From Eubacteriales bacterium (GTDB taxonomy: Bacteria; Bacillota; Clostridia; Oscillospirales; CAG-382), in contig JAZNMZ010000012.1 in the NCBI GenBank assembly GCA_045580005.1, positions 6,037 to 70,036 of the forward strand: a DNA stretch of 64,000 bases, given 5' to 3'. The notes below the pieces were generated by a model that saw nothing but the letters and a program-made list of their open reading frames with translations, did no database searches and was not told the DNA's origin. Every line of letters starts with the position of its first letter. Position 1 is the first letter of the stretch. The translations under genes and the position numbers were made by a program. Below are positions 1 to 10,097 of this stretch, piece after piece.

Positions 1-400
1 GCCCTACCCCGGCTTCCCCACAGATATGAATCCACAGATGTGCGTGCTTATGTGCCTGGCAAAGGGCGTGAGTATGCTCTCGGAGGGTGTATGGGACAAC
101 AGATTCCGATATGTTGAGGAATTAAGGCTTATGGGAGCCGATATCAAGGTGGATGGCAAACTCGCTGTTATTGAAGGAATAGAGGGCTTCAGTGCCGCTC
201 CTGTCAGAGCCGTTGACCTGCGTGCAGGTGCTGCTATGATTATTGCAGCTCTTGTTGCAAACGGCAAGACAGAAATATACGACATACAGCATATCCAGAG
301 AGGCTATGAGGATATAGTTTCCAAGCTGCGCGGAATCGGCGCAGACATAAAGCTTGTCACCACATATGACGACAGCGATTCTCTCCCTGCAGCAAACTGA
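1..400 (+). CDS. murA: UDP-N-acetylglucosamine 1-carboxyvinyltransferase, 3' part (truncated by window start)
   Basis: PYPGFPTD, DLRAGAA and HIQRGYE motifs of the MurA C-terminal half. Confidence 0.93.
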   Translation, partial: PYPGFPTDMNPQMCVLMCLAKGVSMLSEGVWDNRFRYVEELRLMGADIKVDGKLAVIEGIEGFSAAPVRAVDLRAGAAMIIAALVANGKTEIYDIQHIQRGYEDIVSKLRGIGADIKLVTTYDDSDSLPAAN

Positions 401-410
401 TATGTAAATT

Positions 411-446
411 AAAGACAGCCGATTTGATTTTGGCTGTCTTTTTTAT
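411..446 (+). terminator. Rho-independent terminator after murA
   Basis: AAAGACAGCC / GGCTGTCTTT stem followed by T-run. Confidence 0.8.
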
Positions 447-544
447 TTTTTCATCAAAAATCGCATTTTTTTACACACTTTTCCAAAAAATCAAAAAATA
501 TTTTTATTTTTTTATAAAAACATCTTTTCTTTTGCATAATGGTG

Positions 545-553
545 TGTTATAAT
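545..553 (+). promoter_or_regulatory. Extended -10 sigmaA promoter of ferredoxin
   Basis: TGtTATAAT about 70 nt upstream of the ATG. Confidence 0.6.
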
Positions 554-623
554 AGAGGCAAGTTACCGGCAGAGTACTGTCTGCTGATAGCCATTATATC
601 ATTTTTAACGGAGGTGTAAATAA

Positions 624-794
624 ATGGCATATGTAATTACTGACGATTGCATCGCTTGCGGCGCTTGCGTAGACGAATGTCCCGTAAATGTTATTTCCGA
701 AGGCGACGGCAAGTATGTAATAAACAAGGATGAATGTATCGACTGCGGTACATGTGCAGGCGTTTGTCCTGTAGGAGCTCCCAAGGCTGAATAA
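624..794 (+). CDS. fdx: Clostridial-type 2[4Fe-4S] ferredoxin, 56 aa (absent from ORF track)
   Basis: Translated by hand: MAYVITDDCIACGACVDECPVNVISEGDGKYVINKDECIDCGTCAGVCPVGAPKAE; two CxxCxxCxxxCP motifs; GGAGGTG RBS. Confidence 0.97.
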   Translation: MAYVITDDCIACGACVDECPVNVISEGDGKYVINKDECIDCGTCAGVCPVGAPKAE

Positions 795-809
795 TTTTAG
801 TTTACTTAA

Positions 810-846
810 AAAAAGAAAGAACCGTTCCGACGGTTCTTTCTTTTTT
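810..846. terminator. Bidirectional terminator between fdx and the convergent minus-strand operon
   Basis: AAAAGAAAGAACCGT-tccg-ACGGTTCTTTCTTTT. Confidence 0.88.
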
Positions 847-1351
847 ATATTCCACTAAGATTAAGCGTTATAACTTTTTTATAGTTGTGTTCACCGTCGT
901 TTAGGAACATCGGCGCCTCGGGCATCCCATGCTCCTGAATATACATCACAGTGTTGAAATCACTTTCAAAAAGAATGCAGAAAGGAGAAAGCTCGCTGAG
1001 CTTTTCTGCAATGCAAAGTCTGTCCTGCATTGTAAGGTAAGTGAGGCTGTCGCCCCCAAACTCGAGACATAAGCCCTCAACACCTAAATTTAAAAGCTGT
1101 TCTTTTATGAAAAAAGCTACCTCCGAGCTTTTTGCATCATATCTCACAGTGCCGTCAAGGTTTATAAAAACGCTCTCGGGTATGGTGACGCCCGTTTGCA
1201 TATCTCCGACAAAAAGAGCTCCATAGGCTCCGCACAGTCTGTCAGAATACGACAGCTTTGCGGAGTTGTTTATATCTTCTTTAAAAAACACTTCGCCGAC
1301 GCGTGTGTCTTTGCCTGTGCTGTAACCGATTATTTTCTGAAGTATCGTCAT
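845..1351 (-). CDS. Truncated aconitase/LeuC-family homolog (168 aa, no Fe-S domain)
   Basis: MTILQKI, GAYGAL, IPESVFINLDG, LEFGGDSLTYLTMQDRLCIAE and YKKVITLNLS resemble LeuC segments; ATG 2 nt after the thiN stop with GAGG upstream. Confidence 0.65.
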   Translation of the reverse strand: MTILQKIIGYSTGKDTRVGEVFFKEDINNSAKLSYSDRLCGAYGALFVGDMQTGVTIPESVFINLDGTVRYDAKSSEVAFFIKEQLLNLGVEGLCLEFGGDSLTYLTMQDRLCIAEKLSELSPFCILFESDFNTVMYIQEHGMPEAPMFLNDGEHNYKKVITLNLSGI

Positions 1352-1353
1352 CC

Positions 1354-2010
1354 CTAATCCTCGCTGCACACAATAAGAGCCTGTCCCTCGCCCACCTCGA
1401 TAAGCGCTCTGGACGCTGTAATCTCGTTGGATACGGTGACAAAAAAGCTTCGCTCAAGCTCTTGTCTTTTGATGTCATACTTAAATCCGCGCATAACAAT
1501 ATTTTTTATACTCGCATCAAGCGGAATGAGAGACACATATTTTTTTGAGTTTTTTTCAAAATAGTTCTTCTTCTCGGCAAGATATGCTATGTTCTTGCCG
1601 TTTGTAATCATACCGCGTGCGCCGTTTTGCCTTATGTACTCAAGCAGAAAGACATTTGCAAGAGTGTGGTCAAGGCGTCCGCCCAGTCCTCCGACAATAA
1701 CAATATCCTTGCAACCATCTGACAGCGCATATTTTACCGCGAGGCTTGTATCGGTATCGTCCTTTTCGGGCGGAAACGGAATAAATCTCACATCCGGAAA
1801 ATCGTTTTTCAAACTTCCTCCGTATGAGTCCATATCTCCAAGGATAACACAGGGAGCTATACACTTTACGCGCTCTGAGAACAAAAGCAGATTCTCACAC
1901 CCCGAATCGGCAGCTATAACAAGGTCGCGCTCACAGGGAAGCTCTGTCATCCTCTCGGGATAAAAATCCTTGCCTCCCGTAAAAATAAAGCATTTACGAG
2001 TCCCATTCAT
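1354..2010 (-). CDS. thiN: Thiamine diphosphokinase
   Basis: IAADSG, GDMDS, EKDDTD, GGLGGRLDHTLAN, VSNE motifs. Confidence 0.95.
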   Translation of the reverse strand: MNGTRKCFIFTGGKDFYPERMTELPCERDLVIAADSGCENLLLFSERVKCIAPCVILGDMDSYGGSLKNDFPDVRFIPFPPEKDDTDTSLAVKYALSDGCKDIVIVGGLGGRLDHTLANVFLLEYIRQNGARGMITNGKNIAYLAEKKNYFEKNSKKYVSLIPLDASIKNIVMRGFKYDIKRQELERSFFVTVSNEITASRALIEVGEGQALIVCSED

Positions 2011-2905
2011 TTTTATTTTTCAGCTCCTCGTACAAAGTTTTGTAGCTTTCGTGACGGCTCTTTTCTATCTTTCCGTCGGCTATTGCCTGCATTACATTGC
2101 AGCCGTCCTCGCACAGGTGCGAGCAGTCGTTGTACCTGCAGCCGAAAGCGTATTTTTCTATATCGGGAAACGCACCGAGAAGACCGTCCTTGGGTATCAT
2201 ATTATACGCCGCAATCTCAAGCATACTGAATCCGGGAGTATCGGCGATATATGTGTCCTTTTCGATTTTATAAAGGGTTGTACTGCGAGTGGTATGCTTG
2301 CCTCTGGAAATCTTGCGGCTCAAAGCCCCTGTCTGAAGTTCAAGCTCGGGAAAGAGCATATTGATAATACTCGATTTGCCCACGCCCGATGCCCCTGTAA
2401 AAAAGCTGGTCTTGCCCTTTATATACTGACGGATAAACGAGCACACCTCGGCATACTCCTGCGGCTGTGCGGCAGAAACAGCTTTTGCCATAATTCCGGA
2501 ATTGTTGTATATTCTGCAGATTCTGTCGGCGTCTGCGATGTCAGCCTTGTTTACAAGCATAAGTATATCAATACCATTGTAAGCGACAACGCTTGTCATT
2601 TTATCGAGCAGAAAAAGATCAGGGTTTGGCTTTGCCGACGCGACAACAAAAACCAAAAGGTCAATGTTGGCACTCGCAGGACGGATAAGAGAGTTTTTTC
2701 TTTCGCATATGCCCGTTATGAACCCGCCGCCCTCGGCAATATGCTCAATCTCGACATTATCTCCCGGCAAGGGCGTAATACCATCCTTGCGAAAGCTGCC
2801 TTTTGCACGGCACTCAAGAAGTGTGCCCTCGGCAAGTACCTGTGACTGCGTCATTTCGACAGTGTAAAGACCGCCGATTCCTTTTATAATTTTAGCTTTT
2901 TCCAT
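1994..2905 (-). CDS. rsgA: Ribosome small subunit-dependent GTPase A
   Basis: NKAD, GASGVGKSS, GKHTT, DTPGF and CRYNDCSHLCEDGC zinc finger. Confidence 0.97.
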   Translation of the reverse strand: MEKAKIIKGIGGLYTVEMTQSQVLAEGTLLECRAKGSFRKDGITPLPGDNVEIEHIAEGGGFITGICERKNSLIRPASANIDLLVFVVASAKPNPDLFLLDKMTSVVAYNGIDILMLVNKADIADADRICRIYNNSGIMAKAVSAAQPQEYAEVCSFIRQYIKGKTSFFTGASGVGKSSIINMLFPELELQTGALSRKISRGKHTTRSTTLYKIEKDTYIADTPGFSMLEIAAYNMIPKDGLLGAFPDIEKYAFGCRYNDCSHLCEDGCNVMQAIADGKIEKSRHESYKTLYEELKNKNEWDS

Positions 2906-2911
2906 ATTTCC

Positions 2912-4753
2912 TCATACGGCACTTGCGTTTTCGCCGTCAGGTATTTCCTCGGGCTCTGTTTCTTCGGTGTTGTCGATATTTTCTATATCAGTATTTTCTG
3001 TGTCCGGTGTATCTGTGTTTTCGGGAGCGGAATCTCCGTCGCCGGGATTCTCATCCTCGAGCACATCTGTGCTCACATCGGGGTTGTCGGTAATGGGAGA
3101 TACGCCGTTACTTACTACAATGTCCACCTTTGTAACAGCCTCCTTTACAGACTCGCCTGCCGTAAGGCTTGACGAAATAACTGTGCCTGCAGGCTCTGTG
3201 GAATTTTCGTAGGTAATCTCGCCTATGCGGATCTTTTTTGCGATAAGCGCTCTTTTTGCATCATCAATATCAGAACCGACAATCTCGGGGACTGTAACAT
3301 TCTTGACCTGAACGCCCTTACTGATATAAAGTGTAATGGTGCTGCCCACATCAACAACTGTGCCGGGTCCGGGGGAGGTAGAGATGATATAGTCCTCCAT
3401 GACCGTATTGCTGTACTGTGTTATCTCTATAATCTCAATACCGAGATTTTCAAGCTCGTCCCTTGTTCTTCTTATTTCGGTTAAAGAATAATCCTCAAGG
3501 GCAATCTTGCCTGCTCCTGCGCTGACTGTGAGAGTAATGTCATAGTAGTCAGAGCCGTTTGGGAGCTTATATGTCTTGCCTCCCTCAGGGGTCTGCTTGA
3601 GAATTGTATCGACGGCCATTTCCTGGTTTGTTTCGCCCTTGACGCTGATAACTCTTATTTTTCTGCTTTCAAGGTCGGCTATCAGCTCATCACTGTATAC
3701 GCTGCCGACAAGCTCGGGGATAGCTATTTCTGTTCCCATGTCGGTAACTCTGCCCGAATTTAAGAACTTGATACCAAAAACAATCAGCGACACAAGCGCC
3801 ACCAGGAAGAACGAAAGCGTAACTCCGCTTACGACAGAAAGGAAAGAGCTCTTTTTTGTCTCCTCCTGTCTTCTTCTGCCGGCTGTTCTTGCCTGCTTGT
3901 GCTCCACAAAAACTGTTGTCGGGTCGTTCTGCAAAAGCTCAAGCGCGCGTCCCATCGCTGCACAGGAAGAAAATCTGTCGTCTGTCTCCTTGTGCATTGA
4001 TTTGAGTATTACCTGCTCAAGACCCTTTGGAATTTCCTCATTGTGCTCACGCGGCGGCACAGGGTCGTCTGTTACCTGCATCATAGCAACCGCCATCGGT
4101 CCGTCTGCCACAAAAGGAAGCACGCCTGTTGTCATCTCATACAGCATAACGCCGACAGAATATATGTCCGACGAATATCCCACTTCCTTGCCGCTTGCCT
4201 GCTCGGGGCTGATATAATTCACCGTACCTATTGCCTTGTCTGTCATTGTGATAGACTCGGAATTGAGCATCTTGGCAATGCCGAAATCCATGACTTTGAT
4301 ACTGCCGTCACGCTGTAGCATGATGTTCTGCGGTTTTACATCGCGATGGATAATATTCTTTGAATGAGCGTGAGAAAGTGCGCTCAGAATCTGACATGTG
4401 TAATATATCGCCTCTTTGCACGAGAGAATCTTTTTGTGATCGATGTAGTCCTTGAGGGTTACTCCGTCCACATATTCCATAACGATATAGTTTATCTTGC
4501 CGAAAGATACATCGTAAATCTTCACGATATTCGGATGAGAAAGCATAGATACAGCCTTTGACTCGTTAATAAATCTCTTTACCGACTTTTCGTCATCGCT
4601 GAATTCCTCGCTGAGAATTTTCACGGCAACAAGCTCGCCCGTGCCTACAACCTCCGCCTTGAAAACATACGCCATACCGCCGATGCCGATAAGCTCTTTG
4701 ATAAGGTACTTGTCGTTGAGTACCTTGTTTATATATTGCTCATGACGCTCCAT
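2912..4753 (-). CDS. pknB: PASTA-domain Ser/Thr kinase (PrkC/Stk1)
   Basis: GIGGMA, HRDVKPQN, DFG, single TM, PASTA repeats, acidic tail. Confidence 0.96.
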   Translation of the reverse strand: MERHEQYINKVLNDKYLIKELIGIGGMAYVFKAEVVGTGELVAVKILSEEFSDDEKSVKRFINESKAVSMLSHPNIVKIYDVSFGKINYIVMEYVDGVTLKDYIDHKKILSCKEAIYYTCQILSALSHAHSKNIIHRDVKPQNIMLQRDGSIKVMDFGIAKMLNSESITMTDKAIGTVNYISPEQASGKEVGYSSDIYSVGVMLYEMTTGVLPFVADGPMAVAMMQVTDDPVPPREHNEEIPKGLEQVILKSMHKETDDRFSSCAAMGRALELLQNDPTTVFVEHKQARTAGRRRQEETKKSSFLSVVSGVTLSFFLVALVSLIVFGIKFLNSGRVTDMGTEIAIPELVGSVYSDELIADLESRKIRVISVKGETNQEMAVDTILKQTPEGGKTYKLPNGSDYYDITLTVSAGAGKIALEDYSLTEIRRTRDELENLGIEIIEITQYSNTVMEDYIISTSPGPGTVVDVGSTITLYISKGVQVKNVTVPEIVGSDIDDAKRALIAKKIRIGEITYENSTEPAGTVISSSLTAGESVKEAVTKVDIVVSNGVSPITDNPDVSTDVLEDENPGDGDSAPENTDTPDTENTDIENIDNTEETEPEEIPDGENASAV

Positions 4754-4771
4754 ATGTCACTACCTCCGACA

Positions 4772-5512
4772 TCATATTTTGACAAGGACGGCAGTTATGT
4801 TGTCGCTGCCGCCGTTTTTGTTGGCTTTTTTTATCAGTGTGTCAACCGCAATCTCAGGGGTTGCCGCTTCTCTTATTATTCTTTGCATCTCCTCGTCAAG
4901 AACAAAGTTTGAAAGACCGTCCGAGCAAAGCAGAAAGCTCTTGCCCTTGAGCGAAATTTTAAAAAAGTCTGCCGTCACCGAGCTGTCTGTTCCCACAGCA
5001 CGCATAATGACATTCTTGTTTGGATGAGTCATCGCCTCATCTGCAGACAGCTTGCCTTTATCAACAAGAGTCTGTACATACGAATGGTCGTGCGTAACCT
5101 GACATATAGAGCCTGCTGTGACAGCATACAGGCGGCTGTCGCCTATATTCGCAATATACGCCTTGCCGTCATATATAAGCAGCGCAACAAGGGTAGTCCC
5201 CATTCCTGCAAGTTCCTTTTGCGTGGTTGACTTTTTGTATATAAACTCGTTGGCACACTTTATTGCATAAGTAATAATACTCTCGACCGTATCGGAGGGG
5301 AGCTTTTCTTCGGATATTTTTTTGATTCCATCGGCAAGCTCACGCTTAAAAATATCCACAGCAAGCGAGCTTGCTATATTTCCGCCGTTTGCTCCGCCCA
5401 TACCGTCACAGACAACGGCAAGGAAAGTCTTGCCCTCAAGATAGCCTGCAAAAAAGCTGTCCTGATTATTATCGCGAACTTTTCCTACATTGGTTTTTCC
5501 GCAGAATACCAT
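4772..5512 (-). CDS. stp: PP2C-type Ser/Thr phosphatase (Stp1/PrpC)
   Basis: RDNNQD, CDGMGG, GDSRLY, CSDGL, GGSDNIT. Confidence 0.95.
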   Translation of the reverse strand: MVFCGKTNVGKVRDNNQDSFFAGYLEGKTFLAVVCDGMGGANGGNIASSLAVDIFKRELADGIKKISEEKLPSDTVESIITYAIKCANEFIYKKSTTQKELAGMGTTLVALLIYDGKAYIANIGDSRLYAVTAGSICQVTHDHSYVQTLVDKGKLSADEAMTHPNKNVIMRAVGTDSSVTADFFKISLKGKSFLLCSDGLSNFVLDEEMQRIIREAATPEIAVDTLIKKANKNGGSDNITAVLVKI

Positions 5513-5543
5513 TCTCTTTAATCCTTTCTCAAAAAAATGCTTA

Positions 5544-6602
5544 TCACTTGTTTATTCTTGATGCTCTGAGCTGTCCGCAGGAGGCGTCAATATCCGAGCC
5601 GAGTCTTCTGCGAACTGTTGCAACAATGCCGTTTTTTTCGAGAATCTTCACAAAATTCTCGATGGCCGCCTTTCCGCTCTTGCGGTAATCCCGTCCGTCA
5701 ACAGTGTTGAGCGGAATGAGATTGACATGGCACAGCATACCCGAAAGGAGCTTTGCAAGTTGCCCTGCCGCCTCGGGTGAGTCGTTGTTGTTTTCAATCA
5801 TTGTGTATTCAAAAGATATGCGTCTGCCGCCATTTTGTGTATACTCCCTGCAGGCTGCAATAAGCTCGTCGAGGCTGTATTTTTTTGCAATCGGCATAAG
5901 TTTTTCGCGCATCTCCTGATTTGGCGCGTGCAGTGAAATTGACAATGTCAGCGGGATATCAAGCTCAGAAAGCTTTTTTATTCCCGGAACAAGTCCACAA
6001 GTTGAGAGCGAAATGTGACGGTAGCCGATATTGAGCCCATCCTTGTCGTTTACAAGATGCAAAAACTTTATTACATTGTTAAAATTATCAAGAGGCTCGC
6101 CTATTCCCATCATAACGATATTTGAAATCCGCTCGCCTGTATCCTTTGTTGTTACAAGCACCTGTCCAAGCATCTCGGACGGTGTAAGATTTCTTGTGAA
6201 TCCCGCTATGGTCGAGGCACAAAAAGAGCACCCCATTCTGCAGCCCGCCTGCGAGGAAATGCATATCGTGTTGCCGTGCTTATACTTCATAAACACGCTT
6301 TCAATACACTCTCCGTCGTAAAGTTCAAAAAGATACTTCACGGTACCGTCGAGCTTTGATACAAATTTTTTGCTGACACGGGGCAGCGCTATGTAGCACT
6401 CCTTTTCCAGTATTTCGCGCAGGGACTTTGAAAGATTTGTCATCCCGTCAAAATCCGACACTCCCCCATGAAGCCACGAGAAAATCTGTCCCGCTCTGAA
6501 TTTTTCGATTTTTACCCCATACTTTTCCGAAAGCTCAGCCAAGAGAGCTGATATTTCGTCTTTTGTGAGGCTCAAAATGTCTGTCTTTTGTAGTTCACTC
6601 AT
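5544..6602 (-). CDS. rlmN: 23S rRNA (A2503)-C2 methyltransferase
   Basis: [24 protein letters not shown]. Confidence 0.97.
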   Translation of the reverse strand: MSELQKTDILSLTKDEISALLAELSEKYGVKIEKFRAGQIFSWLHGGVSDFDGMTNLSKSLREILEKECYIALPRVSKKFVSKLDGTVKYLFELYDGECIESVFMKYKHGNTICISSQAGCRMGCSFCASTIAGFTRNLTPSEMLGQVLVTTKDTGERISNIVMMGIGEPLDNFNNVIKFLHLVNDKDGLNIGYRHISLSTCGLVPGIKKLSELDIPLTLSISLHAPNQEMREKLMPIAKKYSLDELIAACREYTQNGGRRISFEYTMIENNNDSPEAAGQLAKLLSGMLCHVNLIPLNTVDGRDYRKSGKAAIENFVKILEKNGIVATVRRRLGSDIDASCGQLRASRINK

Positions 6603-7903
6603 ACTTTTCTCACAATTTTTGCTATAAAGAATCCGTCAGTTCCCATCTCATCGGGGAAAAGCGTTTTCATTCCCTCTTTTGCGTCAAGGCAGAAGTCGGG
6701 ATTTTCGTTCAAAAATCTTTCTACAACCCGCTCGTTTTCTGCCTTTTTGAGAGTGCAGGTTGAGTATACGATAAAGCCGTCGGGCTTTATATATCTGCTT
6801 GCAGCGCACAAAATTTCATACTGTATCTGCGGCAGTCTTTCGGTCTCGCAAAGGGGCTTGAATTTGATATCCGGCTTCTTTGCTATAACTCCCAGACCAG
6901 AGCAGGGTACATCGCATATAACTGCGTCTGCTTTTTCGATAAGAGTCTGATCAATCACTCTTGCGTCGTGTGCTGAAATTTCCATACAGTCGGATATACC
7001 GAGCCTCTGTGCTCCCGACATCACAAGGCTGAGCTTGTTCTCGTGCAGATCACGCGCTATGATTTTACACTTACCGCCGAGATTTATCGCTGCAGAGAAG
7101 CTCTTGCCGCCCGGGCAAGCACAAAGGTCGAGCACAAGTCCTCCCTCGGAAATGGTATTCTTATTTATGAGCGAGCACGCCATCTGCGACGCCTCGTCCT
7201 GCAAAAAGAACAGTCCCTCAGAAAAGCCGTAAAGCTGCTCTACAGGGAAAGACCCCGAAAGCTTTATTCCTCCGTCACAAAGAGTGCTCGGACTTGCAAT
7301 CCTGCCGAGAGAGTCGAGCATTTTTTCTCTCGTAATTTTAATTTCGTTAACTCTGAGTGTCATACTCTGCGAGTAGTTGCCAAAATGCTGTGCAAGGCTC
7401 TGTGCCTTGTCCCTGCCGTAGTCTGCGCTCCACAACTCAAGTATCTCCTGCGGAACTCCCGACAGGAGTGATGCCGAGCGCATACCGCCCTCGCTCCTCA
7501 TAAGCTCAAAGAGCCTTTCCTTGCTTTTTGAAGCAGTACGCAGAACTGCATTTACAAATCCGACAGAGCTCTTGGGGCAATAACGCTTTGCGAGCTCTAC
7601 CGATTCATTACAAGCGGCAGAGTCGGGCACTCTGTCCATAAAGAGAATCTGATAAATCCCTGTTCTCACAAGGCACAGAACCATATTGTCTATATCGGAG
7701 GTTTTTCTCTCAGAAATTTTTTCGATACAATAGTCGATAGTTATCATGCGCTCGATTGTTCCGTAAAAAAGCGCCGTAAAGAAGCTCTTGTCAAGTCCCT
7801 CAAACTTATACTTTTTTATAACCGTCGAAAGCTCGATATTTGAATATCTTCCGTTTCTCAGGCAGGAATTAACTGATAGCAACGCAGCTTGTCTTGGTGT
7901 CAA
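6599..7903 (-). CDS. rsmB: 16S rRNA (C967)-C5 methyltransferase
   Basis: NusB-like N-terminus, [27 protein letters not shown]. Confidence 0.95.
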   Translation of the reverse strand: MTPRQAALLSVNSCLRNGRYSNIELSTVIKKYKFEGLDKSFFTALFYGTIERMITIDYCIEKISERKTSDIDNMVLCLVRTGIYQILFMDRVPDSAACNESVELAKRYCPKSSVGFVNAVLRTASKSKERLFELMRSEGGMRSASLLSGVPQEILELWSADYGRDKAQSLAQHFGNYSQSMTLRVNEIKITREKMLDSLGRIASPSTLCDGGIKLSGSFPVEQLYGFSEGLFFLQDEASQMACSLINKNTISEGGLVLDLCACPGGKSFSAAINLGGKCKIIARDLHENKLSLVMSGAQRLGISDCMEISAHDARVIDQTLIEKADAVICDVPCSGLGVIAKKPDIKFKPLCETERLPQIQYEILCAASRYIKPDGFIVYSTCTLKKAENERVVERFLNENPDFCLDAKEGMKTLFPDEMGTDGFFIAKIVRKV

Positions 7904-7927
7904 AATAGTGTCCTCTCAAATTAAGAT

Positions 7928-8605
7928 TTATCTTCTGCGGTTTACAAGCGAAAGCATTCTCAAAAGGTTGAGTACCGATACTGCAAGTGCCGCAACATAA
8001 GTGAGCGCAGCGGCGGTAAGCGTCTTTCTTGCGCTGCCAAGGTCCTCGTCCGAGAGTCTGCCAAAAGAGCGAAGAGCTGACATTGCTCTTGAGCTCGCAT
8101 TAAACTCACACGGAAGTGTAACAAGCTGGAAAAGTGTCGCTGTCGAAAAGAGAATCACTCCGAGCATTGCAAGGTCAGCAATCTGCAAGAGGAGTCCTAT
8201 TAAAATAAGCGGCCAGGCAAGATTCGAACCTATCTGGCAAAGAGGAATAATCGCAGTTCTCACTCTTATCGGGAAGTATCCGACAGCATGCTGTACAGCG
8301 TGGCCTGCCTCGTGAGCAGCAACTCCGATTGCAGCGGCGCTTGTGCTGTCATATACACCCTGCGAAAGTCTTATGACATTTGCCTTGGGGTCGTAGTGGT
8401 CGGTGAGATTTCCTGCAACCGTTTCTATTCTCACATTGTTGAGTCCGTTGGTATCAAGAATAATCCTTGCGGCATCCCTGCCTGTGATGCCTGCGTTGTT
8501 TTTTACCTTGGAGTATTTTTTGAATGTGCTCTGCACATTAACCTGCGCCCATCCTGCAAAAAGCATTGCAATAATAAGCAAAAAATAAGTTGTATAGTAG
8601 TTCAT
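7928..8605 (-). CDS. Putative neutral zinc metallopeptidase (YugP family)
   Basis: LTDHYDP, HEAGHAVQH, TLPCEFNASSRA; conserved position after fmt. Confidence 0.9.
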   Translation of the reverse strand: MNYYTTYFLLIIAMLFAGWAQVNVQSTFKKYSKVKNNAGITGRDAARIILDTNGLNNVRIETVAGNLTDHYDPKANVIRLSQGVYDSTSAAAIGVAAHEAGHAVQHAVGYFPIRVRTAIIPLCQIGSNLAWPLILIGLLLQIADLAMLGVILFSTATLFQLVTLPCEFNASSRAMSALRSFGRLSDEDLGSARKTLTAAALTYVAALAVSVLNLLRMLSLVNRRR

Positions 8606-8628
8606 TTTGTACTCCTTTTTTAAAAATG

Positions 8629-9567
8629 TTATGAAAAAATACTGTCTTTACTGATTTTTCTGCCGTTGGCAAGGTCCTTTACCGACAGCTTCTTTGAGCC
8701 CTCAAGCTTGAGCGAGCGGATAAAAACCGCGTCCTTCCCGCAGGCAACAAGCACTCCGTCGGGGGTGATTTCTTCGATTCCGCCGGGAGTCTTCTCGTTT
8801 TTCGATTCGCGCACCTCGGTGTCATATACCTTTGTCGGTATCCCGTCAAGAAAAGCGTATGCCGCAGGATATGGCGTCATACCTCGGATTTTGTCGTGTA
8901 CTGCCTTGGCAGGAAGTGAAAAATCAACCTTTGCTTCTTCCTTTTCGATCTTGGCAGCGTGTGTGGCAAGCAAGGAGTCCTGAGGTATTCTCGGAGCTGT
9001 GCCCTCGGCTATTGCCTCAACAGTTTTCACGAGAAGTCTGCCGCCAATACGCGCGAGTCTATCCCATACCTCGCCTACCGTTTCATTCTCGCCGATTTCT
9101 GTCTTTTCGGCAAAGATCATATCACCCGTGTCAAGGCCTTTATCCATATACATTGTGGTAACGCCTGTTACTGTCTTTCCGTCAATAACGGCTCTCTGTA
9201 TCGGAGCGGCTCCCCTGTATTCGGGAAGCAGTGAGCCGTGTACATTGATACAGCCGTATTCTGGAAAATCAAGCACATACTGCGGAAGAATCTTTCCATA
9301 AGCTACAACCGCTATAATATCGGGAGAGAGCTCATCAAGCAATTCCTGCAGCTCGCCGTTTTTTAAGCTTTCGGGCTGATACACGGTAAGTCCCTTTTCG
9401 AGAGCGTACTGCTTTACCTCGCAAAAAGTAACTTTCATTCCTCTGTTTTTTGCCTTATCGGGCTGGGTAACAACGCCCACCACATTCGCTCCTGCGTCAA
9501 GAAGCGCACTGAGCGAATCTCTTGCAAAGTCGGGCGTACCCATAAATAGTATCTTTAAATCTGTCAA
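8629..9567 (-). CDS. fmt: Methionyl-tRNA formyltransferase
   Basis: FMGTPDFA, NVHGSLLPEYRGAAPI, GLDTGD. Confidence 0.98.
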   Translation of the reverse strand: MTDLKILFMGTPDFARDSLSALLDAGANVVGVVTQPDKAKNRGMKVTFCEVKQYALEKGLTVYQPESLKNGELQELLDELSPDIIAVVAYGKILPQYVLDFPEYGCINVHGSLLPEYRGAAPIQRAVIDGKTVTGVTTMYMDKGLDTGDMIFAEKTEIGENETVGEVWDRLARIGGRLLVKTVEAIAEGTAPRIPQDSLLATHAAKIEKEEAKVDFSLPAKAVHDKIRGMTPYPAAYAFLDGIPTKVYDTEVRESKNEKTPGGIEEITPDGVLVACGKDAVFIRSLKLEGSKKLSVKDLANGRKISKDSIFS

Positions 9568-9587
9568 CTCTAGTTCTTCCTTTTATT

Positions 9588-10067
9588 TTACTCAAAATCT
9601 TCCGGGTCGAGCATCTCAAGAGCATTATCTGTATAAAGAACGCCGTCAAGATGGTCGTTCTCGTGGCACAGGCATCTGGCGTAAAGCTCCTTACCTGTGT
9701 AAGTGAACTTGTTACCGTGTCTGTCGGTAGCCTCAACCGTCACAACCATAGGTCTTGATGTTATGCCATACTGTCCGGGAACCGAAAGACATCCCTCCGC
9801 CTCTTCCTGATGGCCCTTTGTTTCAACAATCTTTGGATTTATAAACTCAACTATATCGTGCTCGCCATCTTTGACGCTCTTGTCGATTATAAAAATCCTG
9901 CGAAGTACTCCTACCTGCGGAGCCGCAAGACCCACGCCACCGGCATCAATGAGAGTTTGCTTCATATCGTCGAGAAGTGTAATAATCCTGGGGGTAATTT
10001 CTTCTACCTCACGGCATTTTTTGCGGAGAACATCGTCCCCGACTTTAACTATATTAAGCAGAGCCAA
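9588..10067 (-). CDS. def: Peptide deformylase
   Basis: GVGLAAPQVG, EGCLS, HENDHLDG. Confidence 0.98.
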   Translation of the reverse strand: MALLNIVKVGDDVLRKKCREVEEITPRIITLLDDMKQTLIDAGGVGLAAPQVGVLRRIFIIDKSVKDGEHDIVEFINPKIVETKGHQEEAEGCLSVPGQYGITSRPMVVTVEATDRHGNKFTYTGKELYARCLCHENDHLDGVLYTDNALEMLDPEDFE

Positions 10068-10097
10068 AACTCTTTCCTCCTAACTTTTTTAAAAAAA

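Noticed and set aside
1970-2845. 291-aa plus-strand ORF, and similar long ORFs at 32308-33102, 41705-42757 and 62901-63971
   Set aside because: Antisense shadows of well-supported genes; no motifs, explained by codon bias
2912-3100. Repetitive acidic ENTD/TE stretch at the end of pknB
   Set aside because: Ordinary low-complexity tail, not a DNA repeat array
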